Positions 61,001 through 64,000 of a stretch of 64,000 nt of DNA are shown here, in pieces. The notes beneath the pieces were generated by a model. The model was not told where the DNA came from, made no database searches, and saw nothing but the letters and a program-made list of their open reading frames with translations. The stretch is taken from positions 620,001 to 684,000 of the forward strand of contig NW_027271233.1 of NCBI RefSeq assembly GCF_040938485.1. The letters run 5' to 3'. This stretch comes from Diadema antillarum. Lineage: Eukaryota. Every line of letters begins with the position of its first letter. Position 1 is the first letter of the stretch. The position numbers and the translations under genes are program-made.

Positions 61001-63991
61001 AGAATGCATTGTTGTCTTTCTTGACAGACACTACACCTCCCATCATTAACTCCTGTCCACCCGATCAAACTGCGAATACTTTCCCCGCTAAGGCTGTGCA
61101 GTCCGTCGTCTGGACTGAGCCCACGGCCTCCGACAACAGCATTGCTGTCGTGTTGACGTCCACAGCCGATTCCGGCGACGCGTTCCCCATCGGCACGACG
61201 ACGGTGCTATACACGGCGAGCGACCAGGGCGGGAATACGGACTCTTGTTCGTTTAACGTCACTGTCATCGGTGAGAATAGCAACCACTGATTTTTTTTTT
61301 TAATGTTAAAAGGGACATTCCTTCCGATGTATAGTATACAAATAATGAATGTTTATGAGTGTAATGGACAGAATATTTCATGAGGTGAAAGATGAAATGA
61401 TCCATTCAACGAGGCGCAGCCGAGTTGAATGGATCGAACATTCTACTTTCACCGAATGAAATATTCTGTCCATTGCACGAATGAAAAACATTTATTATTT
61501 GTTTTATATAACGCCTGAAAGAGATCCTTGTCCTTTCATGTTTTATTAATTTAGAAACAAGAGAGAATCTGAGATCGCGAGAGAGTGCTCACTGAGTGCT
61601 TTAGCCTTTACGCTATTATCAGTAGCGAGCTGTTGCATACATACACTGCAACACGTACACGCAAGCGTATACGCGAAGTAAGCCGGGCTCGCAGTGAGCG
61701 TGCAATGGAGCAAATCGTATGGATCCAAAATTGCACGGTAAATGGAACCACAAATGCACGGATGATGACGTCATAGTGAAATGGGCCGAATAATCAATGT
61801 CAAACAACCAATCAAATGACAAGGATCTCTTCAGTCGTTATATAATATAATATTATGTATGTACGGGGGCTGCACGCAAATCAAGCCACGCTTATGCTGT
61901 AGCCCCACTGTATTATTCATTGTACGTTTGTTGTACATTTTACATTGTGCAAAGGCAATGAAGGAAAAAATATTCTGTGAACAACTTGCATTTATGTTTG
62001 TCCTAGATATGTTTGTACATGAATGTACATGTACAACGATGATACAGAAACCAATAAATCAAATCAAATCAAATTAAATCAAAATCAATTTGATAGAAAG
62101 ACTACAATTTTGTAAGTGCTGTGAAAACTTGATCTGAATGAGACAAAAATGAAGGAAGTTATACAACTGTGAAGTTTCAAAAATTTTTCACAATACGCTT
62201 CTGGAGCAATCAAGCAATGAACATGAATGTGCAAATGAGTGAGTTGATGATGTAAAACCCCTTACAACCTGCCATCATAATAGTTTGTAAGAAAAATCTT
62301 AAAGTCTTTTTTTTTGTTGCTTTTTTTTTGTGTGTTCAAACGCATTTATGCTCCAGACTCAAAACTCAGTATGAGTACCTATACCGATCATTTATTATAA
62401 ACTTTTACAGCCAGAAAAAAACAAAACAAAACAAAACAAAAAACCGGAAGAGAAAAATCCTTCGAGATATTTGAATACGATCAGTGAATAATGGCGATGT
62501 GATATCATCAACAGCTCACTCGTAATGCGTATTCATGTCAACTGTTCGAGAACTATTTTGAGAAAAAAAAATCGCACAGGTATATTGCACACACATACAT
62601 CCAATCATAACCTGCATCCAATAGTGGTAAAAAGTGAAAAGGAACATTACTCCATCGGCAGCCCAATATCTCTGTACTCATTTCAGGGGATGTTCTAGTT
62701 TTGGTTGAGATGGGGCTTCACATAATAGAGACATCCGTGGAACAGCAAAGAACGTGTAAGAGGAGAGTTGTTCATTAGCTTTTGTTTTTGATTTTCCTCC
62801 TGTCTGATGTAATTGAACAGACAATGAGAATCCGGTTCTGAACGGCTGTCCCGCTGACCAAAACCTGAAAACGGACCTTGGAAGCGCTGGGGCCGTGGCA
62901 TGCTGGGCCGTCCCTACGACTTCGGATAACTCCGGTTCGGTGTCGTTGACATCGACAGCGGAGTCGGGTGCCTCCTTCCCGATTGGACAGACATTGGTGA
63001 CCTACACAGCCACTGACCCCTCGGGAAATACTGCTCCCATCGTATGCAGTTTTAACATTACTGTGACAGGTACGCACTCAATCGTACGATCCTGATGATG
63101 ATTATTCGCGCATTGTGGGATATTTATACACGTTTGAATGTGTGTTTGAATTATCTGTTTATTGTAGAGACATTTGTATATTTTGTGTGTTTCTTCGGGG
63201 TTTTGATTTGTGACTGTTTACTTTTTTTGGGGGGGGGGGAGGAAGCTAGTTGAGATTTTACAATTTAGCAAAGAGACAAAATTTTCATAACGGTTTCAAA
63301 CTTTGAGATTCTTGCCGATAAATTTGCGGTTCTCGCCAGAATTTGACAAGACTGCTCATCTGAATTCCATAATCGTGAAAATTGTATCGTTTGTTGTTGG
63401 CAGTCACTCAAAATAATACACTTTCCACAGTTGAAGCGTTCGAATAAGTGTTGGATTAGGCACCAACATGAACCCGTTTGTTCGATCTAGACAACTAGAC
63501 ACACATCATCCAACAGGTGGTCATGCTTTTCCATTTTCACTTGGATGAACATACATTGTAATATTATCGTCCTCGTTACTACTACAAATGGGAATGAATA
63601 TTATTATATTTTTGCGGTCAGCATGATTTAACTTTCCTTTGGGTTCTTTTTTTTCGGTGCAGGCGTTATCAAAAGACTTTCACACACTCAGTTTATCTCG
63701 TTTCCTGTATTTTGTTTTTGATCTTGTTTTCCTTTTTCTCCGCAGACACGGAAGCACCAACGTTCTCAAGCTGTCCAACACAGCAGACGTTCACGCCTAA
63801 CCCTCCCGTCACCAGCGCCACGGTGAGCTGGTCGCCGCCGGTCGCATCCGACAATTCGGGATTCGTCAATGTGACGTCCACTCACATTCCCGGCGCTACG
63901 TTCGAGATCGGGAATCCCGAAACAGTGACGTATACAGCCACGGATGAGGCGGGCTACACCGTGACTTGCGAGTTCGATGTTATACTCTATG
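42805..63991 (+). CDS. Multi-exon extracellular HYR (hyalin repeat)/CUB protein, partial: HYR8-CUB-HYR2-CUB-HYR3 (17 exons, 3903 nt); 5' and 3' ends not found
   Basis: Every exon is bounded by AG/GT with compatible phases and an open frame throughout. HYR consensus D.E.P...GCP...W..P.A.DNSG.V.LT....G..FP.G.T.V.YTA.D..GN...C.F.V.V is repeated 13 times, plus two CUB domains. Confidence 0.93.
43640..43912 (+). mobile_element. Probable LINE 3'-end remnant
   Basis: Stem-loop GAGGCCCC..AAGCTCGG..GGATCCTC (43713-43751) and (AATAAATGA)n tail. Confidence 0.5.
44183..44428 (+). CDS. HYR2 exon (DNESPEVSGCP...NCSFTITVT)
   Basis: TAG acceptor, G|GTAAGC donor, 246 nt, phase 1-1. Confidence 0.92.
44810..45055 (+). 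CDS. HYR3 exon (DIEDPEVSGCP...SCVFTITVT)
   Basis: TAG acceptor, G|GTAAAT donor, 246 nt, phase 1-1. Confidence 0.92.
45559..45804 (+). CDS. HYR4 exon (DNEDPEISGCP...NCSFTITVT)
   Basis: TAG acceptor, G|GTATAG donor, 246 nt, phase 1-1. Confidence 0.92.
46061..46306 (+). CDS. HYR5 exon (DNEDPEISGCP...GCSFNITVT)
   Basis: TAG acceptor, G|GTTCGT donor, 246 nt, phase 1-1. Confidence 0.9.
46672..46914 (+). CDS. HYR6 exon (DDEKPTFSGCP...ECIFYIVIL)
   Basis: TTTGCAG acceptor, G|GTTCGT donor, 243 nt, phase 1-1. Confidence 0.9.
47209..47278. repeat. Minisatellite, 3 x ~24 bp
   Basis: GTCTCCACGAGGGAGCTCATTATT-like unit three times. Confidence 0.8.
47735..47980 (+). CDS. HYR7 exon (DTELPIIAECP...SCSFDVVVV)
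   Basis: CGCAG acceptor, G|GTGAGA donor, 246 nt, phase 1-1. Confidence 0.92.
48335..48577 (+). CDS. HYR8 exon (DNENPVIIGCP...ICSFDVFVT)
   Basis: AAAG acceptor after pyrimidine tract, G|GTGGGT donor, 243 nt, phase 1-1. Confidence 0.9.
49283..54010 (-). mobile_element. CR1/L2-group non-LTR retrotransposon (APE endonuclease + RT), near full length, antisense in intron 8; frameshifted and MITE-interrupted
   Basis: APE motifs LNIRS, GLSETWL, GIVYRPP, GDFN, LDNIF, SDHFP (53720-52362). RT motifs YRPISLL, QFGFR, FLDFSKAFDTI, GVPQGSLLGPLLF, LFADD, FLGI (51392-49908). ~620-nt 3' UTR with stem-loop at 49480-49522, ending AATAAA + (TGAAT)n-like tail at 49283-49314. The 5' boundary is approximate. Confidence 0.93.
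51675..52366. mobile_element. MITE family A, ~35-bp TIRs, TA target duplication, nested in the LINE ORF
   Basis: TGTGACCGTGCACCTCAAAACGAACATAAAGTCGC versus its inverted copy at 52332-52366 (3 mismatches), TA on both sides. Removing it plus one TA restores the LINE frame KYKHDIKNTWKILK. Confidence 0.92.
54137..54324 (+). CDS. CUB1 N-terminal exon (ECGDSILLESLDGYIESPGYPDGYANNLDCSWVI...CSYDVVR)
   Basis: TTTCAG acceptor, CGG|GTGTGT donor, 188 nt, phase 1->0; CUB motifs CG, SPGYP..Y, C.W.I, C.YD. Confidence 0.92.
54835..55290. mobile_element. MITE with ~30-bp TIRs and internal repeats of the TIR core
   Basis: ACCTGAATATAAGAACGACCCAAGTCCA versus inverted copy at 55259-55287; core repeated at ~55003-55021 and 55081-55097. 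Confidence 0.75.
55695..55860 (+). CDS. CUB1 C-terminal exon (LYDRQDAVGGYRYLCG...YLRLEFETDVSFTYRGFRAYYVIN); not in the ORF track
   Basis: ACAG acceptor, G|GTAAAA donor, 166 nt, phase 0->1; LCG, L.L.F.TD.S...RGF.A.Y motifs. Confidence 0.9.
56552..56794 (+). CDS. HYR9 exon (DDVPPSITGCP...TCTFTAAVI)
   Basis: CTAG acceptor, G|GTAGGT donor, 243 nt, phase 1-1. Confidence 0.92.
57993..58244 (+). CDS. HYR10 exon (DNEHPVIRGCP...LCTFDVTVLA)
   Basis: ACAG acceptor, G|GTGAGT donor, 252 nt, phase 1-1. Confidence 0.92.
58585..58766. mobile_element. pogo/Tigger-like MITE, TA flanks
   Basis: TA|CAGTTAACC ... GGTTTGATTG|TA; repeated TATAG(C/T)GGCCACCTG motif. Confidence 0.65.
58829..59013 (+). CDS. CUB2 N-terminal exon (ADEVTMLSAATGSVSTPNYPGSYPPSLDFFWVI...NCEYDYVR)
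   Basis: TTTTGCAG acceptor, CGG|GTATGT donor, 185 nt, phase 1->0. Confidence 0.92.
59283..59420. mobile_element. Short MITE with ~30-bp TIRs
   Basis: GAACTTTAGATTTGCGACGCAAA versus TTTGCGTCGCACATCTAAAGCTC. Confidence 0.65.
59918..60086 (+). CDS. CUB2 C-terminal exon (IIDGPNTTNSALVTLCN...YLRIEFHSDSDIQGTGFSGFYSII)
   Basis: ACAG acceptor, G|GTAAAC donor, 169 nt, phase 0->1. Confidence 0.92.
61028..61270 (+). CDS. HYR11 exon (DTTPPIINSCP...SCSFNVTVI)
   Basis: ACAG acceptor, G|GTGAGA donor, 243 nt, phase 1-1. Confidence 0.92.
61335..61510. mobile_element. Palindromic MITE (~175-bp hairpin, central GAGGCGCAGCCGAG)
   Basis: Arms AATGGACAGAATATTTCAT...ATCCATTCAAC / GTTGAATGGAT...ATGAAATATTCTGTCCATT, TATA ends. 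Confidence 0.75.
62821..63069 (+). CDS. HYR12 exon (DNENPVLNGCP...VCSFNITVT)
   Basis: ACAG acceptor, G|GTACGC donor, 249 nt, phase 1-1. Confidence 0.92.
63746..63991 (+). CDS. HYR13 exon (DTEAPTFSSCP...TCEFDVILY); gene continues beyond the window
   Basis: CGCAG acceptor, G|GTAAGA donor, 246 nt, phase 1-1. Confidence 0.92.
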
Positions 63992-64000
63992 GTAAGATTC

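Noticed and set aside
42635-63881. Minus-strand ORFs overlapping the HYR exons
   Set aside because: Antisense shadows of the GC-rich plus-strand exons.

Overview
Eukaryotic genomic DNA: AT-rich, microsatellite-dense, spliceosomal introns, four N-gaps. The repeat content and HYR-rich gene suggest an echinoderm, probably a sea urchin (inference). Two protein-coding genes are supported. (1) A 3-exon MRPL53 (mitoribosomal protein mL53) on the minus strand, CDS 24310->20389, which the ORF track misses. As assembled, exon 1 has a 1-nt frameshift. (2) A large extracellular modular gene on the plus strand with 17 exons from 42805 to 63991 (~1301 codons), open at both ends, with architecture HYR x8 - CUB - HYR x2 - CUB - HYR x3. 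All domain boundaries are phase-1 introns, and HYR2-5 are recent, mosaic tandem duplicates. Intron 8 holds a nearly intact antisense CR1/L2-group LINE that is itself split by a TA-flanked MITE. The rest is transposon-derived: several MITE/foldback families, a Helentron-like element, tRNA-SINEs and LINE remnants. The most unusual signal is three small insertions (about 6.2, 17.5 and 34 kb) sharing a 'short tail + inverted repeat + long target-site duplication' architecture like Penelope-type retroelement insertions. The 34-kb one carries a tRNA-like Pol III cassette between its ~82-bp inverted arms. No CRISPR, rRNA or bona fide tRNA gene was found.
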